From assembly GCA_965222235.1 (NCBI GenBank), contig OZ244939.1, positions 493,942-557,941 on the forward strand: DNA of 64,000 nucleotides, read 5' to 3'. Below, piece by piece: positions 10,293 through 20,778 of the stretch. The notes beneath the pieces are model-generated. The model was given only the letters and a program-made list of their open reading frames with translations. It was not told the origin of the DNA and did not search any database. A program made the translations under genes and the position numbers. Source of the DNA: Minisyncoccota bacterium. GTDB taxonomy: Bacteria > Patescibacteriota > Minisyncoccia > Phycocordibacterales > JABAAK01. Position 1 is the stretch's first letter; each line of letters begins with the position of its first letter.

Positions 10293-11439
10293 CCTACATT
10301 CAAACTTCTAATTGAACACCTGTCAGTTTGTAATATGCCATCCTCTGGAGATTGACACCGGTCATGCGGTAGAATACCTCGTAAGGGGTCAGACCAGTAA
10401 GGCGTTTCCTGGGACGGGTATTCAATAGGTACTCAACCTTGGCAATGTCACGGTCATTGCTTTTGTCAAAGTCAGTCCCCTTCGGGAAACACCGACGGAA
10501 CAATCCGTTGGTGTTCTCGTTTGATCCTCTTTCATGAGAGCAGTACGGATGGGCGAAGTAGCAGGAGAGACTGAGTTCTTTTTCAACGGTGCGGTACCCC
10601 CTATTCTCCGCCCCTCTGTCCTGGGTGAGGGTCTTGCGGTATCTCGGAGGGACAGCGCGCATTCGTCTGATGATTGCCGCGTCACAGGACTCAGCGGTAC
10701 CGTCTTTTGTTTTCTCAAAGAATGCCAGACCGGTCATCTTTTCATTCATACTCTTTACCCTAACGCTGCTTTTCCTTGAGAGCATGGTGTCACCTTCCCA
10801 ATGACCGATTACCCCCTCTATCCCCGGTCTCTCCTCAATGGAGGGCAAGGCCGCTCTTCGTTCTGTTTTCTGTGTGTTTCTCACTCCTTGCCGTATGCGT
10901 CTCTTCCTTCTTCTCGGCAGAAGAGACCGTAAGTCTAGATACCCCGGTTTCACGATACCGTGTCCGCTTTGGTGAATCTGCGCATATATGAAGGTATATA
11001 TCGTCTCATGAGATACCCGCATGGTTGTGTCCTCCGGAAACTCCCGGGGAAGACGAATACTCACCTGCTCGGGAGACCATCCTTCCTCCATCTTCTCCCG
11101 CACATACCCAAGGAGTGCTCTGTCGGTCAGCACTCCTTTCCTCCCCCGGGTGTGTATCCTTTTCTCTGCTTCCCGCTGTGCCCTCAGCGCGCAGTACCGT
11201 CCGACTCCTTTTCTCGGTTTTCCCCCTATTTCCCGATGTATGGTTCCCGGTGACCTGCCCAACTCTTTCGCTATCTCCCGCAGGGATCTCTTGTCAGCAC
11301 AGTATCTCACTTCAATACTACTCCGTTCATGAATATTCAGACGGGTGAACGGTTCCCGTCTCTTTTTCTTTGCTTTTGTCATATGTCTCCAGTATTACTT
11401 GGTATATGACAGGTGTTCTATTATTTGTTTGAACTTAGG
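10293..11439 (-). mobile_element. Intact IS30-family insertion sequence
   Basis: 33-bp imperfect terminal inverted repeats (cctacattcaaac...gaacacctgtca at 10293-10325; tgacaggtgttc...gtttgaacttagg at 11407-11439). 3-bp target duplication GTC at 10290-10292 and 11440-11442. Confidence 0.92.
10300..11382 (-). CDS. IS30-family DDE transposase
   Basis: HTH (IAKELGRSPGTIHREI), WSPEQ, SHETIY, GHWEGDT, TQDRG, ERGSNENTNGLFR and LNTRPRK motifs. Confidence 0.95.
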   Translation of the reverse strand: MTKAKKKRREPFTRLNIHERSSIEVRYCADKRSLREIAKELGRSPGTIHREIGGKPRKGVGRYCALRAQREAEKRIHTRGRKGVLTDRALLGYVREKMEEGWSPEQVSIRLPREFPEDTTMRVSHETIYTFIYAQIHQSGHGIVKPGYLDLRSLLPRRRKRRIRQGVRNTQKTERRAALPSIEERPGIEGVIGHWEGDTMLSRKSSVRVKSMNEKMTGLAFFEKTKDGTAESCDAAIIRRMRAVPPRYRKTLTQDRGAENRGYRTVEKELSLSCYFAHPYCSHERGSNENTNGLFRRCFPKGTDFDKSNDRDIAKVEYLLNTRPRKRLTGLTPYEVFYRMTGVNLQRMAYYKLTGVQLEV

Positions 11440-11449
11440 GTCCCGCTGT

Positions 11450-11478
11450 TTGCGCCGCCCGACCATATGTGCTACTGT
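11450..11478 (+). promoter_or_regulatory. Putative sigma70 promoter of rpsF-ssb-rpsR
   Basis: TTGCGC-17 bp-TACTGT with upstream TG; 11 nt before the rpsF ATG. Confidence 0.45.
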
Positions 11479-11489
11479 TACCCGTATAT

Positions 11490-11939
11490 ATGGGAAACAA
11501 AAAAACGGAGCATATCTATGAAGTCAGTTACCATTTGCTCCCGTCATTGTCTGATGATGAACGGGAGCGTATCGTTGCCGATATCCGCGGCGGTGTGGCC
11601 CAGGAAGGGGAGATATTGTCCGTTGAGGAGCTGCTGCGTGTTGATTTGGCATACACCATCCGGCATACGGTCCGGCAGGGCGACGGCTCGTACATGAAAT
11701 ATGACGACGCATATTTCGGATCCGTGAAGCTCCGCGCACCGCAGGAATATATGCAAAAACTGCATCAGCATTTGCAGTCAAATGAATCCGTGCTGCGCTT
11801 TCTCATTGTTGAAACTGTTGCGGAGGATACGCGCATCGGCGAACCGCTCCCCGGCGAAGCGCAGCCGGAAAACGCAGCTCCGGCGGAAAAAGAGTCAGAG
11901 CGGCGGGTAGTGAGAAATACGGCGCAGTATCAGGTATAA
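11490..11939 (+). CDS. rpsF: 30S ribosomal protein S6
   Basis: YEVSYHL, LAYTI and VLRFLIV motifs; rpsF-ssb-rpsR synteny. Confidence 0.9.
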   Translation: MGNKKTEHIYEVSYHLLPSLSDDERERIVADIRGGVAQEGEILSVEELLRVDLAYTIRHTVRQGDGSYMKYDDAYFGSVKLRAPQEYMQKLHQHLQSNESVLRFLIVETVAEDTRIGEPLPGEAQPENAAPAEKESERRVVRNTAQYQV

Positions 11940-11948
11940 TAATTGGGT

Positions 11949-12413
11949 ATGAATATAAATAAGGTAATGATATACGGCAATCTGACGCGCGACCCCGAAA
12001 TTCGCCAGCTCCCGAGCGGCATGAATGTTGCCAATCTCGGTATAGCGACCAACCGATACTATAACAACCAGGAGGGAAATCGGGTGGAGGAAGTTGAATA
12101 TCACAATGTTGTGCTGTTCGGCCGGCTTGCCGATCTCGCGCAGCAGTATATGTCGCGGGGGAAGAGTGTGTTCATAGAGGGACGGCTTCGCACGGGCAGC
12201 TGGGATGACAAGGAAACGGGACAGAAGCGGTACAAGACCGAAATCGTCGGTGAGCAGATGCAGTTCGGACCCCGGCGCGACGGGGAAAACGCCGCTCCGG
12301 CACCGGCGGCGAAAGGTGCGGCTCCCGCACAGTCCGCTCCGGCGGCGAAAGGTGCGGCTCCCGCGCCCGACTATCCGGAAGCGACCATCAACCCCGATGA
12401 CATTCCGTTTTAA
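11949..12413 (+). CDS. ssb: Single-stranded DNA-binding protein
   Basis: NKVMIYGNLTRDPE, EGRLRT and C-terminal DDIPF. The linker contains a 36-bp-period duplication (12303-12364). Confidence 0.97.
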   Translation: MNINKVMIYGNLTRDPEIRQLPSGMNVANLGIATNRYYNNQEGNRVEEVEYHNVVLFGRLADLAQQYMSRGKSVFIEGRLRTGSWDDKETGQKRYKTEIVGEQMQFGPRRDGENAAPAPAAKGAAPAQSAPAAKGAAPAPDYPEATINPDDIPF

Positions 12414-12414
12414 T

Positions 12415-12630
12415 ATGAAGCATTGGGGAAAGAAAAAGTGTTATTTTTTGTCAAACAGTATAACTCATGTTGACTATCGCGACACGCATCTGCTGCAGCG
12501 GTTTACGGATCCGCACGGCAGGCTGTTCCCGCGGAAGAGAACGGGACTGTGCGCCAAATACCAGCGGAAAGTCGCGTTGGCCGTAAAGCGGGCGCGGTAC
12601 ATGGCACTGTTGCCGTATGTGCGGCAGTAG
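12415..12630 (+). CDS. rpsR: 30S ribosomal protein S18
   Basis: VDYRDTHLLQRF...RKRTGLCAKYQRKVALAVKRARYMALLPY. Confidence 0.95.
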   Translation: MKHWGKKKCYFLSNSITHVDYRDTHLLQRFTDPHGRLFPRKRTGLCAKYQRKVALAVKRARYMALLPYVRQ

Positions 12631-13197
12631 TTATTTCACCCGTTCGACATATTCACCGGTTTCGGTGTTGACTCTGATATATTCGCCGGCTTGTATAAAC
12701 AGGGGTGTTGTAACTGACGCGCCAGTTTCCGTAACGACCCGCTTGGTGCCGCCTTGCGCAGTGTTGCCGCGCACGCCCGGAGGTGCTTCTTTCACCAGCA
12801 GATCAACCTTAATCGGCAGCCGAACGGTGAGGACGGCGGTATCTTCAAACAATGCGGTAATGGGAGTGCCCGCCGGCACAAGATCAACGCCCCGCAGGGT
12901 GCCCGCCGGCACCTCAATCCTCCCCGATGCCTTTCCGGCGGGGTGTATCATCAGCATACCTCCTTTCGCATATACGAAAACATAGTCTTTCTTTTCAATA
13001 CTGACCGATTCAAAGGTGTCTGACGGGTGCAGCGTTTTCGTCACCACGGCGCCGGTTTTCACATTCCTGATGCGCACCTGATTTGATCCTTTCTGCCTGC
13101 TTTTCTTTGAAAAGACGGCATCCACGGTTTCATAGACCGTTCCGTCTGTTTTAAAAAAGACACCCTGCTGTATATCCGTGTACTTCAACAAAGACAT
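12631..13197 (-). CDS. efp: Elongation factor P
   Basis: PGVRGNTAQGGTK, ETGASVTTPLFI and VNTETGEYVER motifs. Confidence 0.92.
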   Translation of the reverse strand: MSLLKYTDIQQGVFFKTDGTVYETVDAVFSKKSRQKGSNQVRIRNVKTGAVVTKTLHPSDTFESVSIEKKDYVFVYAKGGMLMIHPAGKASGRIEVPAGTLRGVDLVPAGTPITALFEDTAVLTVRLPIKVDLLVKEAPPGVRGNTAQGGTKRVVTETGASVTTPLFIQAGEYIRVNTETGEYVERVK

Positions 13198-13203
13198 GCG
13201 CCG

Positions 13204-14235
13204 TTATTCGTTAATTTTTTTCCGTATTTCCCGCTCAAGATCATGTTTGAGCTTGGTGTTTTCCGCAAGGGTCGTGCGCGCCGCGTCATAGCCGCGGCCC
13301 AGTTTCTCCTCGCCGTATGAATATGACGCACCGCCTTTCTTCTCAACCAGTCCGTATTTTTCTCCGAGCGCAAGCAGTTCACCCTCGCGGGTGATGCCCT
13401 CGTTGTACATCAGGTCAAACTCGGCGGTGCGATACGGCGCACCGACCTTATTCTTCACCACTTTGACACGCACCCGGTTGCCTTTCACTTCATCGCCCTT
13501 CTTGATCTGTGCGATGCGCCGCACATCCATTCTCAGCGAGCTGTAGAATTTCAGCGCCTTGCCGCCCGGGGTGGTTTCTGGATTGCCGAACATAACGCCG
13601 ATCTGCATGCGGATCTGGTTGATAAATACGATTGCCGTTGAGGAACGGGCGACAATCGCCGTGAGCTTTCTGAGCGCCTGGCTCATCAGCCGCGCCTGGC
13701 GCCCGACATGATGTTCTCCCATATCCCCCTCAATCTCCGCCTTCGGCGTGAGCGCGGCGACAGAGTCAATGACGATGACATCCACGGTGTTGGTGCGCAC
13801 GAGCGAATCGGTAATATCCAGCGCCTGCTCTCCGGTATCCGGCTGGGATACCAGAAGATCTTTCACTTTCACGCCGATGCGACGCGCATATTCCGGATCA
13901 AGCGCGTGCTCGGCATCCACGAAAGCACACACACCGCCCAGTTTCTGTGCCTCGGCGACAATGTGGAGTGCGAGTGTTGTCTTACCGGACGATTCAGGGC
14001 CGAATATTTCAATGATTCTTCCGCGCGGCACACCGCCGACACCGATTGCGGCATCCAGTCCGAGGGAGCCGGTGGGAACCGCATTAATTTTTTGCTTCGG
14101 CATCTCGCCCATGATCATGATGGAGTCCTCGCCGAATTTTGTTTTAATATTCGCGAGTGCGTTCCGTAACACTTCGCTGTCTTTCTTCGCTTCCTTCTTA
14201 TCTCTCGTCTTCGCTGTTTTCTTCGTTGATGTCAT
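13204..14235 (-). CDS. recA: Recombinase RecA
   Basis: [34 protein letters not shown] and GGKALKFY motifs. Confidence 0.99.
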   Translation of the reverse strand: MTSTKKTAKTRDKKEAKKDSEVLRNALANIKTKFGEDSIMIMGEMPKQKINAVPTGSLGLDAAIGVGGVPRGRIIEIFGPESSGKTTLALHIVAEAQKLGGVCAFVDAEHALDPEYARRIGVKVKDLLVSQPDTGEQALDITDSLVRTNTVDVIVIDSVAALTPKAEIEGDMGEHHVGRQARLMSQALRKLTAIVARSSTAIVFINQIRMQIGVMFGNPETTPGGKALKFYSSLRMDVRRIAQIKKGDEVKGNRVRVKVVKNKVGAPYRTAEFDLMYNEGITREGELLALGEKYGLVEKKGGASYSYGEEKLGRGYDAARTTLAENTKLKHDLEREIRKKINE

Positions 14236-14563
14236 ATGCTGTTATGGTTAGGGGTAGATGGATAATGGTTTCCCGTTTTTGTCTGCTTTCCGCATACACC
14301 TCCACTATACTATCTCCCACGGGAAGCAGCATCTTTTTCTCAAAAAAGCCGTCAGGGTTGGGAAATATCCGCTGGTCGTTCACCGTCAGGTAGACGGCGT
14401 GCTCGGCAAATCCCTGGAGGGTGAAGATCTGCGGCACGACGGCGTTAGGTTTCGGGGAATATATGGCAAGTTCGGGACCGAATAGGGTGGTCTGGGCCCG
14501 GGATATGCCGTAGGCGGCGGTGCCGATAACGAGGAGGAGTGCAAGGACAATATGGAGGCGCAT
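14198..14563 (-). CDS. Small exported Ig-like protein
   Basis: N-terminal hydrophobic signal followed by GPELAIYSP and beta-strand pattern; lies between ftsK and recA. Confidence 0.65.
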   Translation of the reverse strand: MRLHIVLALLLVIGTAAYGISRAQTTLFGPELAIYSPKPNAVVPQIFTLQGFAEHAVYLTVNDQRIFPNPDGFFEKKMLLPVGDSIVEVYAESRQKRETIIHLPLTITAYDINEENSEDER

Positions 14564-14576
14564 ATATCAATATATA

Positions 14577-16685
14577 CTACACTTCTTCGTGTTCCGGTTC
14601 GTTCCCGCTGTCCTCAACCAAGATTTCCCGCGGCTTGGAGCCGACCTGCGGACCGACAACCCCCCGTTCTTCCAGGATATCAATGAGCCGGGCGGCCCGG
14701 GAGTAGCCGATTTTCAGCTTGCGCTGCAGGAGCGAGGTAGACGCTTTCTGCGCCTGTATGACGGTCTCCCGCGCCTCAACATAGAGATCGTCATCCTCAT
14801 CGCCCGCTGTGAATGCGCCTCCTCCTCCGCTCTGTTTCTGAGTCACGTCAATCAGCCCCTCGGCGACACCGTTTTCCTTGATGATGTACTGCGTGACCTT
14901 CTTGACTTCCGCTTCGTCAATATATGCGGACTGTATACGCACCGGCTTCTTATTTTCGGCGGAGGAATAGAGGAGGTCGCCGCCGCCGATGAGATTTTCG
15001 GCGCCGGTGGCGTCAAGAATGGTTCGTGAATCAATACCGGATGCCACCTGCAGCGCGATACGCACCGGCACATTCGCCTTAACAATGCCGGTAATGATGT
15101 TCACCGACGGTCGTTGAGTGGAGATGATGAGGTGGATGCCGACGGCACGGCTTTTCTGGGTAATCCGCACAATATTACCCTCAATTTCACGGGGAAAACT
15201 CTGCATCAAATCGGCCAGCTCGTCAACGATGACGACCAGATACGGTATATATTCGTCATTATCCCGCACGGTGCTGTTGTATGACGAGATATCGCGCGCT
15301 CCCGCCCTCTCCAACAGCTCATACCGCCGCTCCATCTCGACGACAGTCCAGGCGAGCGCCTGCAGGGCTTTTTTCGGATCGGTAATGGGCTCGGTGTAGA
15401 GGTGGGGTATGCCCTTGTACAGCGTCAGCTCAACCCGCTTCGGATCAATGAATATGAAACGTAAATCCTGAGGACCGTAGGTGAAAAGCAGGGAGAGGAT
15501 GAAGTTGTGCACCAACACGCTCTTGCCCGATCCGGTTGTGCCGGCGACCAGCGCGTGGGGCATCTTTGACAGACTCTTTGTGAACACGGTGCCGTCAATG
15601 GTTTTACCGACTGCCAGTGGCAGGGAACCCTTGGTTTTGGCGAACGCCTGGGATTCAAGCAGGGTACGCAAACCGACGATTGCCCGGGCTGAGTTCGGCA
15701 CCTCAATGCCGACGAGGGATTCACCGGGTATTGGCGCCTCAATGCGGATAGGGTGAGCGGCGAGCGCCAGCTCCAGATTTTGCTGCAAACTGGTGATTTT
15801 TGATAGGCGGACGCCTTCGGCGGGCCGCACAGCGTACCGTGTGAAAGTCGGACCGACCGTGATTTCCTCAACTTCCACATCAATTTTGAAGTTCTGGAGC
15901 GTTCTGGTAATCGTCTGTGCCTGTGCTTTGGTATTTTCAGCCCGTCCCTTGCCCTTTTCGGCGCTCAGAAGTGAGAGCGGAGGGGCAACATATTCGACAA
16001 AATGCTGCTGCCGGCGCAGATCCTCCTCATCCTCATCTTCCTCTTCTTCATCCTCCTCATCCTCATCATCTTCCTCTTCTTCATCCTCCTCCTCATCCTC
16101 ATCATCATATTCATCCTCATCTTCCTCATCCTCTTCTTCATCCTCATCATCATATTCCTCTTCCTCTTTCACATTATTCAGCCATTTCCATAGCGCAACC
16201 GGTGAAAAGATGGTCAGTATGTAGAGCGCACCGAGTATGCCGAGGGGAATGAGGATATAGGCGAATGTGCCGAGTATCCGCGACAGGTTGGTGAACAGCA
16301 TGTTGCCGAGCACGCCGCCGAGTGTATCAGAACTTGCTCCCAGTATTGCCGCGATGCTGAGAAAGCCGAGCACGCCGCCGAGCCAGAGCCGTCGTTGTGA
16401 TATGGGTCGTATGGTAGTTATCAAATACGCGCCGTAGACGGCGAGAAAGAATATAAGCAGGATAAAATTCCAGCCGAGCAGTGCCGGACTGTCCGGTCGC
16501 ATGAACAGAAACTCCCGGACGGCGATGCCGAACGATCCGGCACCGTTCAGAGCGACAAATGAGAAAAACAGCACGAGCAACAGAAAAAAAGTGCCGATGC
16601 TGATTTCACATACGCGGGCGGGGATTGATTGGAACCACGCGATACATCTTCGAATGAGTAATTGTTTTTTTTGTCTCCTCGGCAT
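14577..16685 (-). CDS. ftsK: DNA translocase FtsK/SpoIIIE
   Basis: N-terminal TM helices, MPHALVAGTTGSGKS, IDPKRVEL, VDELADLM, STQRPS, and gamma domain (STSLLQRKLKIGYSRAAR). Confidence 0.97.
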   Translation of the reverse strand: MPRRQKKQLLIRRCIAWFQSIPARVCEISIGTFFLLLVLFFSFVALNGAGSFGIAVREFLFMRPDSPALLGWNFILLIFFLAVYGAYLITTIRPISQRRLWLGGVLGFLSIAAILGASSDTLGGVLGNMLFTNLSRILGTFAYILIPLGILGALYILTIFSPVALWKWLNNVKEEEEYDDEDEEEDEEDEDEYDDEDEEEDEEEEDDEDEEDEEEEDEDEEDLRRQQHFVEYVAPPLSLLSAEKGKGRAENTKAQAQTITRTLQNFKIDVEVEEITVGPTFTRYAVRPAEGVRLSKITSLQQNLELALAAHPIRIEAPIPGESLVGIEVPNSARAIVGLRTLLESQAFAKTKGSLPLAVGKTIDGTVFTKSLSKMPHALVAGTTGSGKSVLVHNFILSLLFTYGPQDLRFIFIDPKRVELTLYKGIPHLYTEPITDPKKALQALAWTVVEMERRYELLERAGARDISSYNSTVRDNDEYIPYLVVIVDELADLMQSFPREIEGNIVRITQKSRAVGIHLIISTQRPSVNIITGIVKANVPVRIALQVASGIDSRTILDATGAENLIGGGDLLYSSAENKKPVRIQSAYIDEAEVKKVTQYIIKENGVAEGLIDVTQKQSGGGGAFTAGDEDDDLYVEARETVIQAQKASTSLLQRKLKIGYSRAARLIDILEERGVVGPQVGSKPREILVEDSGNEPEHEEV
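16021..16168 (-). repeat. Low-complexity GAR/GAY tract encoding a poly-Asp/Glu FtsK linker
   Basis: Run of (tcc/tca/tct)n on the + strand, encoding about 48 residues that are almost all acidic. Confidence 0.85.
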
Positions 16686-16821
16686 ACCTATGAACTATAT
16701 ATCATCACCATATCACACACTTTGCCCGCTAACCGTGCCCCGGGCACCGATGGCGGAAATCCGGTATGTATGGTCTGAACATACGGCGATACAGGCAAAA
16801 GGCATGTTTTCCACAGGTATT

Positions 16822-16849
16822 TTGACAGGGGTGTAGAAATGGATACAAT
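16822..16849 (+). promoter_or_regulatory. Strong sigma70-type promoter of the S-layer-like gene
   Basis: TTGACA-16 bp-TACAAT, followed by a 5'UTR stem-loop (about 16858-16893). Confidence 0.6.
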
Positions 16850-16939
16850 GTATCTATCGCACAATAACGGCAGTTCCTGTTGTTTTTATGCGACACAAGA
16901 AATTATTATTTCTAATTAATAGTAAATTCCTAATCGATT

Positions 16940-19900
16940 ATGAAGATTGCAAATAAATTAACTGTAGGGTTGGTTTCTATTGCTTTTGTTACCTCGTCAG
17001 TGATTGCGTTCTCAGCGACAACGTTCGCTCAGGATCCGGTTGCTGATCTGCAGGCACAGCTCGCCGCTTTGACGGCACAGCTGGCTGCGCTGGAGGGAGC
17101 ACCGACCGTGACGACAACGTCAACGGGCGGATCAAGCAATGCAGCATGTCCATACACATGGGCAAGAAACCTTACCATCGGATCTACTGGCGATGACGTC
17201 CGCCAGTTGCAAAGATTCCTTAATGGTAACCCTCAGACTCAAGTAGCGACCTCAGGCACCGGATCTCCGGGCAATGAGACCAGCTACTACGGACCTGCGA
17301 CTGCTCGAGCGGTCAGCAAGTTCCAAGAGATGTACGCTGCACAGATCTTGACCCCCTTGGGATTGACGAAGGGTACCGGCGGATTCTACACATCCACGCG
17401 AAATCATGCGAACAACCTGTGTAGAGTTGCCACACAGAGGGCTCCGAGCCCTCGTCCTGCTCCAGGAACACCCCGTCCTCCCACATATCCGGAAACCCCT
17501 CGACCGACAGTACCGACGGGTGATACATTGGCGGTGGCTGCCGGAAAGCACCCCGGCGATTCATTCGCAGTGTTGGGTGCTCAGCGAGTACCGTTCACTT
17601 CAATCGTGCTCACTGCCGGAGGCAGTAATGTTCGTGTAGAAGGTATCCGGGTGAAGCAGTTCGGTCTGTCTTCCTCTGATAACTTTGACAGTGTCGCGCT
17701 CGTTGATGTAAACGGCGTGCAGATTGGTTCCTCAAGGAGCCTCAACAGCCGTGACGAAGCACTACTCGGCGGTAACTTTGTTATCCCGAAAAACCGTTCA
17801 GTAACTCTGGCGGTTGTCGGTAACATTGCTGACACTGTTAAGACCGCCAGTCAGTCAGGTCTTCAGTCAGGTGCCGTTGCGGGACTTGAAGTTGTGGAAA
17901 TTTCCGCTGACACGAATGTGGGCGGACAGTTCCCGATTCGAGGTGCCGCACATGTCATGTCTGACAGCATCACACTGCAGAAAGTTGAAGTGGATATTGA
18001 TCGTGCAGAAGGTGAGGTTGAGCTGAACACTGACACCGAAGTCACTTCTATCAAGATCGGCTTCGGCGGAGCAGCTGACGAAGAAGACGGCTATCTCCGA
18101 TCAATCACCCTTGAACAGGACGGAACCGCCGACGAAGACGAAGTCGGTGATGTGGAGATTCTCATAGACGGCGACGAGGTTGAACACAGCATTGTTGTTG
18201 ACGGCGACCGATATGTCATTAACTTTGACAGTCCCGGCGTTATGATTGAAGAGAACGAGGACATTGAAGTTTCGTTGCAGATCAACACCGGAACCGGCGC
18301 AGGAGAAACCGTCAGGTTTATCCTTGACGACCCTGCTGACATCTATGTTGTCGGTAGTAAGTACGGCTATGGTCTGCCGATTGACACTGACGCAAACGGC
18401 GATTTGGCGGCTGATGATGCCGGTACCGGTGAAGAATACACCACCATTCAGGCAGGAGAGATATCGGGAGGTAAAGTGGGTGACTTTGAAGATGAGATTA
18501 CCTACGGCAAAGATCGAGTCCTCGGTGCTCTTGAAGTTGAATTTGAAGGTGAAGACATTCACATGGAAGACCTTACCTTCAGCGTTACACTGGATGCGGA
18601 GCCGTATACCGATGCAAATGATAATGCGTGGGTAGAAGCCGAAGAAGATGAGGTTCGACTGAGCGGTCTGCACCTGCGAATTGACGGTGAGCGAGTGGCT
18701 TCTGCAGATGAAGATGTTGAATTCAAGAAGACCGAAGGCACAGACGGATTAATAACAAAGTCGGTTGATTTCTCTGACAGATTTGAGGTTGATGTCCGCG
18801 GAACTCGCGAGGTATTGTTTGAGATTGTTGCAGACCTTGATGAGGACTGGAGTAACTTTGATAGTTCCACCATTGAGTTCATACTGACTGATGTTGATGA
18901 AGCCGAAGGTGAGGTTTCCGAAGATGACTACACCGCAAATGGTAAGTACTTCTACCCTGACCTAAAATTTGAGAGTGTTACGATCAAAGGAAATCTTGTT
19001 GACTTCAATATCAGCAACAACGGCGTTGACGAAGTGTCATATGTCCACGGTGCTGAAGATGTTGTCTTTGCTACGCTTGAGGTTGACACCGATGACGCGA
19101 TTGATGATATAGAGATTAATGATCTGTATATTTCATTTGAGGCAACGGTAGGTGCTAATCTCCGCGATTTGCGCGATTGTCGTATTCTTGACGAGGGTGG
19201 AAAAGAGATTGGAGACGCAAGCTCTCTGAAGGGTTCGCATGTCAGGTTTGAATCTGACGATTCAACAGCAAACACGACCCCGGTATATGATGACAATGTA
19301 CGGTTCAGGTTTGACAGCGGCGGCTACACAGTAGAAGCCGGCAAGGAGATTGACCTTGATATTGTCTGTGACATTGACGATGATGCAAATGAAGATGACA
19401 CCTACCAGGTGCTTGTGAGAACAGCAACAGACATTCCCAATAAAGATGACGGCAGCAGAGTCAGGTACGAAGTTGGTCGTGATGACTTTACCTTTGATTT
19501 TGAAGACGGTGACTCCGACGAGATTAAGGTATCAGGATCCGGCACGCTGTCCGTTACCACTGACAGTCCCTCTGACGACTTTGTTTTTGCTGTAGCAACC
19601 GGTAAAAGCGGAGGAGCAGACAATGTTGAAGTTCTGGAGATTGATTTGGAAGCCGAAGACGAAGATATTGTCATCAAGGCCATATATCTTGCTGAAGTGA
19701 AGATCAAGGGTGTCGCTGCAACTAAAGAATCACTCGGAAATCTCATTGATACGGCTCGGTTCCGCCTCAACAAGATGGTAACTGCTCGTCCCGGTGACTT
19801 CAAGGAAGTAGATCTTGACACTGATAACGACGCAGAAACCGCTGACGAGAAGGTCCTCGCTCTTGAATTCGACAACATCAGTGGGACCATCAAAGCTGGT

Positions 19901-20629
19901 ACTGAAAAGACCATCACGATAGGTCTTGATCTTGACAGTATTGGTGAGCGAGATAGAGATCACGCAGGTTTGTACCTGACAGCAGGTAAGATCTATGTTG
20001 AGTGGGAAGGTAAGGAGAGTGACCGTGAACAGATAACCGAGTACGACATACCGTCATCTGACTTTGCTAAAGCGGTTGTGTTCCCGAATACTATTTCGGT
20101 GAATGCAAATGCAAACAGCAATGACAATCTGAAGAATGGTAGCAACAAAAAGATCTATGAGTTCAGCGTGACTAACGGAGGCACTGGAGATGCATATCTC
20201 AGACAGGTTGGCCTTGACTTCTCAATATCGGCCGGAGTAACACTTACAAAGGTTACGATTCACAGAGGAACAAGCGCAAGCAATCCCGAGGTAACTGCGT
20301 CACAGACCATTACATCAGGACCGAATAAGAAGTTTGAGTTTACCAGAGCTGAAGAAGTGGAGGGTAAGAAAACACTTCGCTACTCTGTGTACGCCACCAT
20401 TGCCGGTGTAGGCACAGACGATTCGCTCGTAACTGAGTTGTCAATTGACTCTGAAACAGCCAGCCCGGTAGTTGGTCAGGAGTTCGCAACCATCAAGGGT
20501 GGTAAAAACTTTGTATGGTCTCCGAACACCTACGACAAGGATGGCGCGAAAACCGACAATGCAGACTGGTTCAGCGGATGGGGTATCTTTGATGACGGAG
20601 ATGTTGACGACTGGTCACTGAATAAGTAA
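16940..20629 (+). CDS. Large acidic surface (S-layer-like) protein with an N-terminal peptidoglycan-binding domain
   Basis: Signal peptide; coiled coil (LQAQLAALTAQLAAL); PG-binding motif RNLTIGSTGDDVRQLQRFLN...YGPATARAVSKFQ; Pro-rich linker; long Asp/Glu-rich beta region; own promoter and terminator. Confidence 0.75.
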   Translation: MKIANKLTVGLVSIAFVTSSVIAFSATTFAQDPVADLQAQLAALTAQLAALEGAPTVTTTSTGGSSNAACPYTWARNLTIGSTGDDVRQLQRFLNGNPQTQVATSGTGSPGNETSYYGPATARAVSKFQEMYAAQILTPLGLTKGTGGFYTSTRNHANNLCRVATQRAPSPRPAPGTPRPPTYPETPRPTVPTGDTLAVAAGKHPGDSFAVLGAQRVPFTSIVLTAGGSNVRVEGIRVKQFGLSSSDNFDSVALVDVNGVQIGSSRSLNSRDEALLGGNFVIPKNRSVTLAVVGNIADTVKTASQSGLQSGAVAGLEVVEISADTNVGGQFPIRGAAHVMSDSITLQKVEVDIDRAEGEVELNTDTEVTSIKIGFGGAADEEDGYLRSITLEQDGTADEDEVGDVEILIDGDEVEHSIVVDGDRYVINFDSPGVMIEENEDIEVSLQINTGTGAGETVRFILDDPADIYVVGSKYGYGLPIDTDANGDLAADDAGTGEEYTTIQAGEISGGKVGDFEDEITYGKDRVLGALEVEFEGEDIHMEDLTFSVTLDAEPYTDANDNAWVEAEEDEVRLSGLHLRIDGERVASADEDVEFKKTEGTDGLITKSVDFSDRFEVDVRGTREVLFEIVADLDEDWSNFDSSTIEFILTDVDEAEGEVSEDDYTANGKYFYPDLKFESVTIKGNLVDFNISNNGVDEVSYVHGAEDVVFATLEVDTDDAIDDIEINDLYISFEATVGANLRDLRDCRILDEGGKEIGDASSLKGSHVRFESDDSTANTTPVYDDNVRFRFDSGGYTVEAGKEIDLDIVCDIDDDANEDDTYQVLVRTATDIPNKDDGSRVRYEVGRDDFTFDFEDGDSDEIKVSGSGTLSVTTDSPSDDFVFAVATGKSGGADNVEVLEIDLEAEDEDIVIKAIYLAEVKIKGVAATKESLGNLIDTARFRLNKMVTARPGDFKEVDLDTDNDAETADEKVLALEFDNISGTIKAGTEKTITIGLDLDSIGERDRDHAGLYLTAGKIYVEWEGKESDREQITEYDIPSSDFAKAVVFPNTISVNANANSNDNLKNGSNKKIYEFSVTNGGTGDAYLRQVGLDFSISAGVTLTKVTIHRGTSASNPEVTASQTITSGPNKKFEFTRAEEVEGKKTLRYSVYATIAGVGTDDSLVTELSIDSETASPVVGQEFATIKGGKNFVWSPNTYDKDGAKTDNADWFSGWGIFDDGDVDDWSLNK

Positions 20630-20673
20630 CGACAGACCAATCTGAATATCTCTGCCTGAAAAGGTAGTAAGAC

Positions 20674-20705
20674 ACCAAGAGCACCCCGAAAGGGGTGCTC
20701 TTGGT
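20674..20705 (+). terminator. Intrinsic terminator hairpin
   Basis: accaagagcacccc-gaaa-ggggtgctcttggt, a perfect 14-bp stem after the surface-protein gene. Confidence 0.8.
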
Positions 20706-20717
20706 TGTATATATCCA

Positions 20718-20768
20718 CCAGTATTACTTGGTATATGACAGGTGTTCTATTATTTGTTTGAACTTAGG
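20718..20768 (-). mobile_element. Solo IS30 end (51-bp remnant)
   Basis: Identical to 11389-11439 and ends exactly at the IS tip; no transposase adjacent. Confidence 0.9.
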
Positions 20769-20778
20769 CATCAGGATT

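Noticed and set aside
12303-12364. 36-bp-period duplication in ssb and 33-bp duplication at about 46483-46548
   Set aside because: Simple in-frame slippage duplications in probably disordered regions, with no sign of a wider system.
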